From assembly GCA_046052125.1 (NCBI GenBank), contig JBJOMY010000004.1:256001-320000 (forward strand): a stretch of 64,000 nt of DNA. The letters are read 5' to 3'. This document shows positions 21,062 through 31,314 of the stretch, piece by piece (the first letter of the stretch is position 1; each line of letters starts with the position of its first letter). A program made the position numbers and the translations under genes. The notes under the pieces are model-generated. The model ran no database searches. It saw only the letters and a list, made by a program, of their open reading frames with translations, and was not told the origin of the DNA. This DNA is from Cyanobacteriota bacterium. Its GTDB lineage: Bacteria > Cyanobacteriota > Cyanobacteriia > PCC-6307 > Cyanobiaceae.

Positions 21062-21316
21062 TCATCCCACTTGCCCCTGACCCTGCAGGCGCAGATTCAC
21101 GAAGGGAGCAAACACGATCAGGCCCGGGAAGAACAGGAACACCAGCCCGTAGATCGCTGTCCGCTCGATCTTGCCCATCACCGTCCAGCGTTTTGCCATC
21201 CAGGCCATCAGGGCTAGGGGCACCACCACCAGGTAGGCACCGCCGAGTGCGATGTAAGCCGCAATCACCAGCAGCGTTTCGCTCGACAGAGAGCTCAGGA
21301 ACCCAGGCAGCGGCAC
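21062..21316 (-). CDS. ndhL: NDH-1 subunit L
   Basis: AYLVVVP...[10 protein letters not shown]...VFLFFPG...APFVNLR; start approximate. Confidence 0.88.
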   Translation of the reverse strand: MPLPGFLSSLSSETLLVIAAYIALGGAYLVVVPLALMAWMAKRWTVMGKIERTAIYGLVFLFFPGLIVFAPFVNLRLQGQGQVG

Positions 21317-21383
21317 GGTGACGAGGCGGTTGCAGAACGAATCTAGGATGGGTAACAGGAAGCGTTGGGTCGTTTCCGGCGCC

Positions 21384-21467
21384 GGGAGCATGGCGGAATT
21401 GGTAGACGCAGCGGACTTAAAATCCGCAGACGGCAACGTTGTGGGGGTTCAAGTCCCCCTGCTCCCA
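21384..21467 (+). tRNA. trnL-UAA: tRNA-Leu(UAA), intronless, CCA not encoded
   Basis: Acceptor GGGAGCA/TGCTCCC+A, D-loop GGAATTGGTAGAC, anticodon arm GCGGA-CTTAAAA-TCCGC, long variable arm, GGTTCAAGTCC. Confidence 0.97.
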
Positions 21468-21485
21468 TCTCTGCCTGGCGATTGA

Positions 21486-21995
21486 TCACTCCGGGGAGCG
21501 CAAGTGCATCAGGGCCTGCAGGATCGCTTCGATGCTGCTGGCGTGGGCGGGCTTGTTGTTGTTCGCGATCAGCTGCCTGCCCACCACATGGGCGCCCAGG
21601 TGGGCTAGCTGGATTCTTAGGGCGGTGAGCACCTCATAACCACCGCTGCCCGAGTGGCTGGCCATGGCGATGGGACGGCCGTTGAACAGGGCTCTGAAGT
21701 CGTCTCCCAGCACGGACAGCCAGGCGAAGGCACTGGTGAGCACCGGTGGGATGGAGCCGTTGTATTCGGGTGCGCAGATGATCCAGCGCTGCCCCTGTTG
21801 CAGTCGAGCCTGCAGCGCCAGCAAGCCCTCAGGTTGACCGGCATCCCGGCGTCTCGGGGTGAATAGGGGTAGGTCCAGCTCGGTGAGATCGATCAGATCG
21901 ATGCTCAACCCCTGGGCTTTGGCTGCATCAGCGAACCGGTTGGCGAGGTTGAGGTTCTCCCCGTTGCTCGCCGCCACGATCAGGATGTCGTTCAT
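21486..21995 (-). CDS. NADPH-dependent FMN reductase
   Basis: APEYNGSIPPVL, SHSGSGG. Confidence 0.88.
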   Translation of the reverse strand: MNDILIVAASNGENLNLANRFADAAKAQGLSIDLIDLTELDLPLFTPRRRDAGQPEGLLALQARLQQGQRWIICAPEYNGSIPPVLTSAFAWLSVLGDDFRALFNGRPIAMASHSGSGGYEVLTALRIQLAHLGAHVVGRQLIANNNKPAHASSIEAILQALMHLRSPE

Positions 21996-22356
21996 GGGTG
22001 TGGATGGCAGGCCTCACCACGATCAAGCAACTCCTAGAGCTCTGCAAGCTGATTGACCTCAGAGGCATCTGCTCTCCGCCGATCGCGGTAGTCGCTGTGG
22101 ACGATGCAGTGGCTGTTTGATCCTGGAGAGCACATCACCAAGCGTTGCTCAACGCTAAGTAGTTTTGGTTGAAAACCAAGCACATTCGAGCGTTGTTGTT
22201 GATCGGCATTCTCTGGGTCGTTAGTCCATTGTTTTAGCCGTTGCGTTGTCCCCATGGACCTCTTTGTGTTCAGGGATTGCGGCTTGGTTGCTCTTTGTTC
22301 GCTTCCGTGGTCTATCGCAAGAGCTTTGGATGGGTATCCAAGCGTTGGGCGTTCAG

Positions 22357-22509
22357 TCATCGCTGGCCTGAGCAGGGGCTCTGCGCGGCTTTGGAGCTCC
22401 CGGCTCGGGGATTGTTTAAACGCTTTGGAGCTGGCTGCCGGGCCTGGCCATTGGGCCTTCTGAATATTTTCTTTATGAATCCGGCCTCGCGCTGCTCTTT
22501 GTCGGACAT
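22357..22509 (-). CDS. Possible small hypothetical protein (50 aa)
   Basis: MSDKEQREAGFIKKIFRRP...; in a lower-GC stretch, weak support. Confidence 0.3.
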   Translation of the reverse strand: MSDKEQREAGFIKKIFRRPNGQARQPAPKRLNNPRAGSSKAAQSPCSGQR

Positions 22510-22707
22510 TTGTTTGTTGGTGCTAACCAGGTTCTGGTCAGTGTCGGCCTGTTTTGGCGAACACACCTGGCAGGTCTGCCGGGTGGCTTAGGCGTAAGTC
22601 GTCGATTGCTGTTTGCGGCTCTCTCGGTAGTTGGCAATTCATCACAGCTCCATGCGCATCCGAGCCGAGCTGGTCAAGCTGTGACAAGTGTTGTCTGGCC
22701 CATCCCC

Positions 22708-23205
22708 ATGCTTGAGCTGCTGCCGCCGCTCAACGACCACAACCTGCCTTGGATGGACACGATCCATCCCATCGTCGTTCACTTCGTGATCTCGATGGCG
22801 TTGATCGGCTTCGTCTTTGACGCGATCGGCGTTGTCTGGCGCAAGCCAGCCCTGTTCGAGGTGAGTTTCTGGAACCTGCTCTTCGCCACTGGCGCCATCT
22901 TTGTGGCGATCATCTTTGGTCAGGTTGAGGCTGGCTTGGCCGCCCCCTACGGAGCTGCCCGCAACATCCTCGACATTCACACCACGATCGGCTGGTCGCT
23001 AGCTGGGGTCCTATCCCTCCTCTCCGGTTGGCGTTACGTGCTGAGGAGCCGTGATCCTCAGATCCTGCCGGTCTCCTTCCTAGGGGCCGGGTCCGTGGTT
23101 AGCGCCTTGATCGTGGTTCAGGTGATCTTGGGCGACAAGCTCATTTGGACCTATGGCCTGCACACCGTGAAGGTGGTGGCTGCGATGCGGGAGGGCCTGA
23201 TCTGA
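22708..23205 (+). CDS. DUF2231-like membrane protein 1
   Basis: IHPIVVHFVI motif, 4 TM helices. Confidence 0.8.
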   Translation: MLELLPPLNDHNLPWMDTIHPIVVHFVISMALIGFVFDAIGVVWRKPALFEVSFWNLLFATGAIFVAIIFGQVEAGLAAPYGAARNILDIHTTIGWSLAGVLSLLSGWRYVLRSRDPQILPVSFLGAGSVVSALIVVQVILGDKLIWTYGLHTVKVVAAMREGLI

Positions 23206-23834
23206 TGCTTTTTGCCCTTGCTTACACGCCTGAAAAGGCGCCCATCGACCAGATCGCAGCTGGTCTTGGACCCAATGGCTTGCCCTACAGCCTGCCGATC
23301 CACCCCAACCTGGTGCACCTCACGATCGGCTTATTCGTGATTGCCATTGCCTTTGATGTGGTTGGAGCCCTCTATCCGTTGGAAAAGCGGGTGTTCCGCT
23401 TTTTGGCGCTCCCCATTACCCGCGGCGGTTTTCACGATGTGGGCTGGTACAACCTCCTGGCCTGTTGTCTGGTTTCCTTTTTCACCGTCGCGGCCGGTTT
23501 CTACGAAATGCTCACGGCCGTGCCCCTCCCTGGGGTGAAGAGCACGTTTGGTCTCGGTGGCATGACCACCATGCTTTGGCACGGCGTTGGCGGCGTGTTG
23601 GTGCTGGCGGTGATTGTCGGCATGACGGTTTGGCGTGGCTTCCAGCGCTTCTTTTGGAGGCGTGACATGGGTCGTCAGGTGCAGTGGCTGTATCTCGGTG
23701 TTGGGATCGTGATGTTTGCGGTCATTGGCCTGCACGGAACGCTTGGTGCCCAGCTCGCCGCTGAATTTGGTGTGCACATTGCTGCCGATCAGCTGCTTCA
23801 GGCCGGCGCTGACTTGCATACGGCTCTGCCCTGA
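23205..23834 (+). CDS. DUF2231-like membrane protein 2
   Basis: IHPNLVHLTI motif; TGATG coupling. Confidence 0.8.
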   Translation: MLFALAYTPEKAPIDQIAAGLGPNGLPYSLPIHPNLVHLTIGLFVIAIAFDVVGALYPLEKRVFRFLALPITRGGFHDVGWYNLLACCLVSFFTVAAGFYEMLTAVPLPGVKSTFGLGGMTTMLWHGVGGVLVLAVIVGMTVWRGFQRFFWRRDMGRQVQWLYLGVGIVMFAVIGLHGTLGAQLAAEFGVHIAADQLLQAGADLHTALP

Positions 23835-23846
23835 GGAGATATCCCG

Positions 23847-24785
23847 ATGACGAGTTCCTCATCCCGTTCGATCAATGCGCCTGCGGTGGCAGGTGTCAGC
23901 CTCTGGGTCGGCCTAACTGTGGTGTTCAGCCACTGGATGGGCCAACAGGCTCACCGCTGGCTGCCGGTTCAAGCGTCAACCGCAGCCCCGTTGGTTGACG
24001 ACCTCTTCAGCTTTGAGACGTCCATCGGCACCTTTGTGTTTGTCGGTGTGGTGTCGGTGATGCTGTGGGTGATGTTGTTTAACCGCGCTGAGAAATACGA
24101 CGACAGCGACGCCGTGCCGATCGAGGGCAACACGCGCCTGGAGATCATCTGGACAGCGGTTCCCTTCGTGTTGGTGATGGCGATCGCCTTCTACACCATT
24201 CGAGCGACCAGCGAGCTCGGTGTCTTAGGCCCGATGGAGCACATCCACCCTCGCAACCAACAGGAGGAGCTAGGCGGCTACCCCGGCGATCGTCTGCCTG
24301 CTGAGCAGGTGGAAGTGATTGCACGCCAATGGTCCTGGGAGTTTCGCTATCCCGATGGCAACGTCTCCTCCACGGAGCTCCATCTGGCGGTTGATCAACC
24401 AGTGACGTTCCGTCTGGTTTCAGAGGACGTGTTGCACGGCTTCTACATTCCGGCCTTCCGAATCAAGCAGGATGTGATTCCTGGTCGCGCGATCGATCTC
24501 AACATCACCCCCACACGCGAGGGTGTCTATCGCTTGCGTGACTCCCAGTTCAGCGGCACCTGGTTTGCTGCCAACCAGGCCGATGTGGTGGTGGAGAGCG
24601 ATGAGGTGCATCGTGCCTGGCTTGAGCAGGCTGCGCGAGCTCCCCTGCAGCCAGGGTTGACGCTCGCTGTCTCTGAATACGCCACCCGTCAGGCCCGGCC
24701 AAATCCAGGTTGGGCGACTGTGCCGCCTGCTCCGCCCCCTCAGGTGAATGTGCCTGGTTCCCCCGATCAACCCCACGACGCCTGA
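23847..24785 (+). CDS. ctaC: Heme-copper oxidase subunit II, ARTO type (no CuA ligands)
   Basis: IEGNTRLEIIWT, QWSWEFRY, DVLHGF...KQDVIPG; CuA loop replaced by DSQFSGTWFAAN. Confidence 0.9.
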   Translation: MTSSSSRSINAPAVAGVSLWVGLTVVFSHWMGQQAHRWLPVQASTAAPLVDDLFSFETSIGTFVFVGVVSVMLWVMLFNRAEKYDDSDAVPIEGNTRLEIIWTAVPFVLVMAIAFYTIRATSELGVLGPMEHIHPRNQQEELGGYPGDRLPAEQVEVIARQWSWEFRYPDGNVSSTELHLAVDQPVTFRLVSEDVLHGFYIPAFRIKQDVIPGRAIDLNITPTREGVYRLRDSQFSGTWFAANQADVVVESDEVHRAWLEQAARAPLQPGLTLAVSEYATRQARPNPGWATVPPAPPPQVNVPGSPDQPHDA

Positions 24786-26461
24786 TGACCATCGCCACCT
24801 TCCCACCTGATCCCAAGCCGGAACCCGGCTGGAGCCGTTACTTCGGCTTCTGCACCGATGCCAAGGTGATTGGCATTCAGTACATCGTGACCGCCTTTTT
24901 CTTCTTTTTGATTGGCGGCTTGCTGGCGATGGTGATCCGCGGAGAGCTGATCACGCCGGAATCAGATCTGGTTGACCGTGCTGTGTACAACGGCATCTAC
25001 ACGATGCACGGAACAATCATGTTGTTCCTGTTCATCTTCCCGGTGCTCAATGGGCTCAACAATCTGTTGATTCCCACCATGATCGGTGCGCCCGACATGG
25101 CTTTCCCCCGCCTAAACGCGGTGGCTTTCTGGCTGGTTCCCATCTTCGGCTTCCTGTTGATGGCCAGTTTTCTCGTGCCAGGTGGACCGGCGTATTCAGG
25201 ATGGTGGAGCTATCCGCCCGTGAGTATCCAGAACCCTGTGGGCCATCTCCTCAACGGTCAGGGTTTGTGGATTACGGCCGTCGCTCTATCGGGCGTGTCG
25301 TCGATCATGGGTGCGATCAATTTCGTCACCACGATCCTGCGGATGCGGGCTCCGGGGATGACGATCACCCGCATGCCTGTCTACTGCTGGACTGCTCTTG
25401 CGGCCCAGTCGTTGCAGCTGATCGGCCTGCCAGCTCTCACGGGTGGAGCGATCATGCTCCTGATGGACTTGAGCTTTGGCACCAGCTTCTATCGACCTGA
25501 AGGTGGTGGTGATCCAGTCCTTTATCAGCACTTCTTCTGGTTCTATTCGCATCCGGCGGTCTATGTGATCATCCTGCCGGTCTTTGGAATCTTCTCTGAG
25601 CTTTTTCCGGTCTATTCCCGTAAGCCCCTCTTTGGCTACCTGTATGTGGCTCTGGCCTCGTTCATCATCGTTGGCCTGGGCTTGATCGTGTGGGTTCACC
25701 ACATGTTCCCCAGTGGTGTTGCTCAGTGGATGCGCAATTTGTTCATGGTCACCACCATGCTGATCGCCGTTCCCACTGGCGTGAAGGTGTTTGCCTGGCT
25801 TGGCACGCTCTGGGGAGGCAAGATCCGGCTCACCACGCCGATGTTGTTCAGTCTTGGTGGGCTGTTCAACTTCGTTTTTGCTGGCATCACCGGTGTGATG
25901 CTGGCAACTGTCCCGGTCGACATTCACGTGTCGAACACCTACTTCGTGGTTGGTCACTTCCACTACGTGATCTACGGCGCCGCTGTGATGGGGATCTTCG
26001 CTGCGATTTACCACTGGTTCCCCAAGTTCACTGGTCGGATGCCCTACGAGGGCCTGGGCAAGCTCCACTGCCTGCTCACCTTTGTGGGTGCAAACCTCAA
26101 CTTCCTGCCCATGCACCCTTTGGGGCTGATGGGCATGCCTAGGCGAGTCTCCAGCTACGACCCTGAGTTCACCTTCTGGAATGTGATCGCCAGCCTGGGA
26201 GCGTTCCTGCTTGGGGTTTCGATCATTCCTTTCCTGCTCAATATGGTGAGTTCCTGGATCCGTGGTCCTAAAGCCACCCACAACCCGTGGAATGCCATCG
26301 GTCTTGAATGGCTGTTGCCGTCACCGCCGCCGGAAGACAACTTCGGTGAGGAGGTGCCCACGGTGATTAGTCGCCCCTATGGCTACGGCACCGGTGAGCC
26401 TTTGGTGGAACACCAGGCCGAGATTGAGCGTCGCCTTGAACTGCAGGAGGCTGCGGCATGA
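24785..26461 (+). CDS. ctaD: Heme-copper oxidase subunit I (YS-type A2 motif)
   Basis: TMHGT, WFYSHPAVY, WVHHMF, GHFHYV, GMPRR. Confidence 0.95.
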   Translation: MTIATFPPDPKPEPGWSRYFGFCTDAKVIGIQYIVTAFFFFLIGGLLAMVIRGELITPESDLVDRAVYNGIYTMHGTIMLFLFIFPVLNGLNNLLIPTMIGAPDMAFPRLNAVAFWLVPIFGFLLMASFLVPGGPAYSGWWSYPPVSIQNPVGHLLNGQGLWITAVALSGVSSIMGAINFVTTILRMRAPGMTITRMPVYCWTALAAQSLQLIGLPALTGGAIMLLMDLSFGTSFYRPEGGGDPVLYQHFFWFYSHPAVYVIILPVFGIFSELFPVYSRKPLFGYLYVALASFIIVGLGLIVWVHHMFPSGVAQWMRNLFMVTTMLIAVPTGVKVFAWLGTLWGGKIRLTTPMLFSLGGLFNFVFAGITGVMLATVPVDIHVSNTYFVVGHFHYVIYGAAVMGIFAAIYHWFPKFTGRMPYEGLGKLHCLLTFVGANLNFLPMHPLGLMGMPRRVSSYDPEFTFWNVIASLGAFLLGVSIIPFLLNMVSSWIRGPKATHNPWNAIGLEWLLPSPPPEDNFGEEVPTVISRPYGYGTGEPLVEHQAEIERRLELQEAAA

Positions 26462-27042
26462 CCAGCACCACACTCTCGCAAGAAGGCCAGCATGAGGCCC
26501 ATCTCAAGCACAACCTCACAGGGTTCATCATCTTCCTGTGCTCGGAAAGTGTGATTTTTCTGGCCTTCTTCAGTGGCTATGCCCTGTTGAAGACCAGTGC
26601 TCTTAATTGGTTGCCCGCCGGTGTGGATGGTCTGGAGTGGCGCACCCCGCTGGTGAACACCGTGGTGTTGGTGTCGAGTTCAGGCACCATTGCGCTGGCG
26701 GAGCACTTCAAGGGCCGGGAGAACATGGCCTTGTTCCGCGGCTTCTGGCTGCTCAGCATGGCGATGGGCGCTTACTTCCTCTATGGCCAGGCCGTGGAGT
26801 GGAGCGGGCTGAAGTTCGGCTTCACCTCGGGCACCTTCGGCGGCACCTTCTATCTCCTCACAGGATTCCACGGATTGCACGTTGCCACCGGCATCCTGTT
26901 GATGGGTTTGATGTTGATCAAATCCTTCATCCCTGGCAATTACAGCGGCGGTGAACAGGGTGTTCAGGCCACATCTTTGTTCTGGCACTTCGTGGATGTG
27001 ATTTGGATCATCCTCTTCTTGCTGATTTACGTGTGGCAGTAA
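26458..27042 (+). CDS. ctaE: Heme-copper oxidase subunit III
   Basis: FLCSE, LTGFHGLHV, FWHFVDVIW. Confidence 0.93.
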   Translation: MTSTTLSQEGQHEAHLKHNLTGFIIFLCSESVIFLAFFSGYALLKTSALNWLPAGVDGLEWRTPLVNTVVLVSSSGTIALAEHFKGRENMALFRGFWLLSMAMGAYFLYGQAVEWSGLKFGFTSGTFGGTFYLLTGFHGLHVATGILLMGLMLIKSFIPGNYSGGEQGVQATSLFWHFVDVIWIILFLLIYVWQ

Positions 27043-27055
27043 ACGGAGCTGAATC

Positions 27056-28570
27056 ATGATTATCGACGACAACCATTACAACGTGATCGTGATCGGCAGT
27101 GGTGCCGGTGGAGGAACCCTCGCCGGTCAACTGGCCCGCTCCGGCAAAACCGTTCTGCTGTTGGAGCGTGGTGGCCAACTGCCCCTCGTTGATCAGAACG
27201 TTGCTGATGTGGATCTGTTTCGCAAAGACCGCTATCACCCCGGTGAGCAATGGTTTGGGACAGACGGCGATCCCTTCTCTCCTCAGACGGTGTATGCCCT
27301 AGGCGGCAACACCAAGATCTGGGGCGGTGTGCTCGAGCGGATGCGCGAGCGTGAGTTCAGCGGTCTGCCTCTGCAGGACGGACCTTCTCCCGGTTGGGAA
27401 ATCAGCTATGGCGATCTAGCGCCTTACTACGAGCGGGCCGAAACGCTTTACCGCGTGCATGGCAAGGCCGGTCTGGATCCCACCGAGCCCGCCCGCACCG
27501 CTGGCTATGCCCATGGCCCGAAGCCAATCGAGCCGTTCATGCAGGAACTGCGCAGCAGCCTGCAGCGGCAAGGACTCCATCCCTACGACCTGCCGATCAG
27601 TTGGTCGGACTCCCAGGTGGATCCCAGTGGAGATGCCGAGCTTTTTGGTGTTGAGTTGGCCCGGCAGGACTCCAACATTTGTGTGCGCGAACGTGCTCGA
27701 GTGCGTCGGCTGCATGTGAATCCGAGCGGCACGGAAGTGCGTGGTGTGGAGGCCGAAATCGATGGCAACCAGTGGTTGTTCACCGGTGATGTTGTTGTGC
27801 TGGCAGCCGGCGCGATCAACACCGCTGAACTTCTACTGCGTTCCGCCACTGAACATCACAGCCGCGGTTTGTCGAATGGATCGGATCAGGTGGGCCGCAA
27901 CCTGATGAAGCCGCAGCTCACCTCCGTGATTCAGCTGGCCGCCGAACCCAATTCCGGCCGCTACGGCCGAAGCCTCGGTATCACCGATTTCTACTGGGGC
28001 GATCAGAACGTGAATTTCCCGCTGGGTTCGGTGGCCACAGGTGGTGGCGTGCTGCAGGACGCTCTCTTTGCCGAGTCGCCGCCGGTGTTGTCACTGGTGA
28101 CCAAGCTGATGCCCAGTTTTGGTCTTGAGCAACTGGCCGCACGCTCGGTGGCCTGGTGGGCCATGAGTGCGGTGCGGCCTGACCCCCACAACCGCGTGAC
28201 CCTGCGAGGTAACCACCTGCAGATCCACTACCTGCCGAACAACCGTGAGGCCCACGACCGCTTGGTGTACCGCTGGATCGACACCCTGAAGCAGGTGGAG
28301 AACGATCCCGAGTGCCATGTGGTGAAGCCTGCTCCCACCCACCCGCGGGGAGAAGCACCGCTCACGGTGATGGGCAGCGTTTGCGGGACCTGCCGGATGG
28401 GCTCCAATCCGGCCACATCGGTTGTTGATCTTCAGGGTCGCAGTCACGAGCTCAGCAATCTGTTCATCGCCGATGCGAGCATCTTTCCGAGTTGTCCTGC
28501 CGTTGGTTTTGGGCTCACGGTGATCGCCAATGCCCTTCGCATTGCTGATCGCGTGTTGGAGGTTCTGTGA
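27056..28570 (+). CDS. GMC oxidoreductase homologue (degenerate active site)
   Basis: IGSGAGG FAD motif, VGRNLM, GTCRMG; lacks the Cys cluster and His/Asn pair of its paralogue. Confidence 0.88.
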   Translation: MIIDDNHYNVIVIGSGAGGGTLAGQLARSGKTVLLLERGGQLPLVDQNVADVDLFRKDRYHPGEQWFGTDGDPFSPQTVYALGGNTKIWGGVLERMREREFSGLPLQDGPSPGWEISYGDLAPYYERAETLYRVHGKAGLDPTEPARTAGYAHGPKPIEPFMQELRSSLQRQGLHPYDLPISWSDSQVDPSGDAELFGVELARQDSNICVRERARVRRLHVNPSGTEVRGVEAEIDGNQWLFTGDVVVLAAGAINTAELLLRSATEHHSRGLSNGSDQVGRNLMKPQLTSVIQLAAEPNSGRYGRSLGITDFYWGDQNVNFPLGSVATGGGVLQDALFAESPPVLSLVTKLMPSFGLEQLAARSVAWWAMSAVRPDPHNRVTLRGNHLQIHYLPNNREAHDRLVYRWIDTLKQVENDPECHVVKPAPTHPRGEAPLTVMGSVCGTCRMGSNPATSVVDLQGRSHELSNLFIADASIFPSCPAVGFGLTVIANALRIADRVLEVL

Positions 28571-31257
28571 TGGTTCTCTCCAGCTCCCTCCCGGGTGGTT
28601 CGGAACATCGCCGCATGGCGGAGCGGGATCACGAGCACGTTCCTTGGAATCGTTGGGGGAGTTACCTGCCTGAACGCCAGTGGGGAACGGTCCGCGAGGA
28701 CTACTCCGCCGATGGCAACGCCTGGGCCTCATTTCCCCACGACCATGCCCGCTCGCGTGTGTACCGCTGGGGTGAGGACGGATTGCTCGGCATCTGTGAT
28801 GACCAGTGCCGCTTGTGTTTTTCCGTTGCTCTCTGGAACGGTGAGGACGCCATCCTCAAGGAGCGACCGTTCGGCCTTGCCAACGAAGAGGGCAACCACG
28901 GCGAAGACATCAAGGACTACTACTTCCACCTCGCCAATACGCCCACCCATAGCTTTATGCGGGGCTTGTACAAGTACCCGCAGCAGCGCTTCCCCTACCA
29001 GGAGCTGATCGACGAGAACCGGCGCCGGGGACGCGAGCAGCCCGAGTACGAGCTGGTGGATACGGGCATCTTTAACCAGAGCCGCTACTTCGATGTGTTC
29101 ATCGAATATGCCAAGGCTTCTCCTGATGACATCGCCATCCGGGTCCGGGCGATTAATCGCGGCCCCGACCCTGCGCCGCTCACCCTGCTGCCCACCCTAT
29201 GGCTGCGGAACACCTGGAGCTGGGGCTATCCCGATGAGCACGCACAACCGATGCGCCTCGATGGCGACAGCGTGCTGGCTTCAGTGGGCGGAGGTTTAGG
29301 TGACTACCGCTTGCATGCGGCAGGTGGCGGTGAGTGGATCTTCACCGATAACGAAACCAATACGGAGCGTCTTTACCAGGAGCCCAACCAGAAATCCTTC
29401 CAGAAAGACGGCTTTCACCGCTATCTCTGTGACGGCGAATCAACAGCGATTAACCCGGCCCAGCAGGGCACCAAAGTGGCTCGCCTGTTGCAACGCACCC
29501 TGCAACCCGGCGAGGAATGGCAGGTGGAGCTGCGGCTCGTGGGGCCGGAGAGTTCCCCTCCGCCACAACCTTTCGGTGCTGAGTTTGAAGCGCTCTTTCG
29601 AGAAAGGGAACAGGAATGGCACGACTTTTTTGAAACCATCGTCCCCAACCTCTCTGAGGACGACCGTCTGATCCACACCACTGGGTTAGCCGGTTTGCTC
29701 TGGTGCAAGAAGTATTACGGCTGGAGTGTGCTGCGCTGGCTCGATGGCGATCCCAACGCACCCACACCACCGAGCCAGCGCTGGCATACCCAGAACGCGG
29801 CCTGGCAGCGCTTGCATGCCCATGATGTGATTTCCATGCCCGATGCATGGGAGTACCCCTATTTCTGCCAGTGGGACCTGATGTTCCATGCGGTGGCGTT
29901 CGCGATTGTTGATCCCGCCACGGCTAAGGAGCAATGCATGTTGCTGCGTTCGCCGCATTACACCGCACCGAATGCGCAGACGCCTGCCTATGAGTGGGCC
30001 CTCTCCGATCCCAATCCACCCATCGGTGCCTGGGCAGCGATGCGTGTGTTTCAGATTGAGCGAAAAGCCACCGAAGAGCCTGATCTCGGCTTCCTTCGCG
30101 CCGCCTTGCGCAAGCTGATCCTTGAATACGGCTGGTGGGCCAACCGCAATGACCGCTCCGGCGACAATGTGTTTGAGGGTGGCTTCCTCGGGCTCGACAA
30201 TATTGCTGTCTTCGATCGGCGTTTCCCTCTTGCTGACGGCAGTCGGATTGAGCAGTGCGATGGCACGGCCTGGATGGCATCGCTCAGCCTCAACCTGCTC
30301 AATATCAGTGTTGAGCTGAGCCGGGAGGAGCCTGAGTATGCCGATATTTGTGAACGCTTCGTTTACGACTTTGTTCAACTCGCTCTCACGCTGAATACGG
30401 CGGGGAATCGCGGCTATGTGAACTGGGACGAGGAGGACGGCTTCTATTACGACGTGATCAAGCGTCCCGACGGCAGCAGCACTTACTTGCGCTCGCGTTC
30501 GGTGTCGGGCTTGGTGCCGTTGCTTGCGGTGGCCAGTTTTGATGTGGATACGGTGAAACGGTTGCCGGTGTTGAATGTCTCCGAGAGCTTGAAGTGGTTC
30601 CTGCACGAGCGCACAAAGCCTGCCTGGCTGATCCACAACTTTGGTCAATGGCGCAACGACCGGCTGCTGTTCTCCCTGGTTCCTGAGGATCGCCTGCGCC
30701 GCATCTGTGAGCGCTTGTTTGATGAGGATGAGTTCCTCTCACCCTATGGCATTCGTGCACTCTCCAAGGTGTACGCCGACCACCCCTACACCTTTACCGA
30801 GGGGAGTGATAGTCAGACCCTGGCCTATAGCCCAGCCGATAGCCCGGTGCCGATGTTCGGTGGTAATTCCAACTGGCGAGGACCGGTGTGGATGCCGATC
30901 AATCACCTGTTGATCGAAGCGCTGCAGAAATTCGGCCACTACTACGGCGATACCTTCCAGGTGGAGTTCCCGACCCGTTCCGGGAACTGGGTGAACCTCT
31001 GGGATGCCTCACTGCTGCTTGAACATCGGCTGGCCAACATCTTCCGCCGCGATGAACAGGGTCGTCGCCCGTTCAACGGTGAGGTTGAACTGTTCCAGAA
31101 CGATCCCCATTGGCGTGATCTGATTCTGTTCAATGAGTATTTCCACGGTGATAACGGATCCGGTGTGGGTGCTAGTCATCAAACCGGTTGGACCGCCATG
31201 GTTTGCAAGATGATCAATCAGTTGAGCCGCTATTCCACTCCGTCCCAAGGCTCATGA
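28567..31257 (+). CDS. GH63/MGH1-like glycoside hydrolase
   Basis: RQWGTVREDYS, GNHGED, SMPDAWEYP, GFLGLDNI, NSNWRGPVW, EYFHGDNG.G.GASHQTGWT. Confidence 0.88.
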   Translation: MMVLSSSLPGGSEHRRMAERDHEHVPWNRWGSYLPERQWGTVREDYSADGNAWASFPHDHARSRVYRWGEDGLLGICDDQCRLCFSVALWNGEDAILKERPFGLANEEGNHGEDIKDYYFHLANTPTHSFMRGLYKYPQQRFPYQELIDENRRRGREQPEYELVDTGIFNQSRYFDVFIEYAKASPDDIAIRVRAINRGPDPAPLTLLPTLWLRNTWSWGYPDEHAQPMRLDGDSVLASVGGGLGDYRLHAAGGGEWIFTDNETNTERLYQEPNQKSFQKDGFHRYLCDGESTAINPAQQGTKVARLLQRTLQPGEEWQVELRLVGPESSPPPQPFGAEFEALFREREQEWHDFFETIVPNLSEDDRLIHTTGLAGLLWCKKYYGWSVLRWLDGDPNAPTPPSQRWHTQNAAWQRLHAHDVISMPDAWEYPYFCQWDLMFHAVAFAIVDPATAKEQCMLLRSPHYTAPNAQTPAYEWALSDPNPPIGAWAAMRVFQIERKATEEPDLGFLRAALRKLILEYGWWANRNDRSGDNVFEGGFLGLDNIAVFDRRFPLADGSRIEQCDGTAWMASLSLNLLNISVELSREEPEYADICERFVYDFVQLALTLNTAGNRGYVNWDEEDGFYYDVIKRPDGSSTYLRSRSVSGLVPLLAVASFDVDTVKRLPVLNVSESLKWFLHERTKPAWLIHNFGQWRNDRLLFSLVPEDRLRRICERLFDEDEFLSPYGIRALSKVYADHPYTFTEGSDSQTLAYSPADSPVPMFGGNSNWRGPVWMPINHLLIEALQKFGHYYGDTFQVEFPTRSGNWVNLWDASLLLEHRLANIFRRDEQGRRPFNGEVELFQNDPHWRDLILFNEYFHGDNGSGVGASHQTGWTAMVCKMINQLSRYSTPSQGS

Positions 31258-31314
31258 CAATTGGGCGACAACCGCCTTAATTGTTTCTAGCTTGCGGGTA
31301 CTGACGGTATCCCT

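Noticed and set aside
21317..21436. Extended ndhL start in the ORF track
   Set aside because: Would overlap the tRNA on the opposite strand; NdhL is short
21384..21467. Group I intron in tRNA-Leu(UAA)
   Set aside because: Anticodon loop is contiguous and the gene is 84 nt
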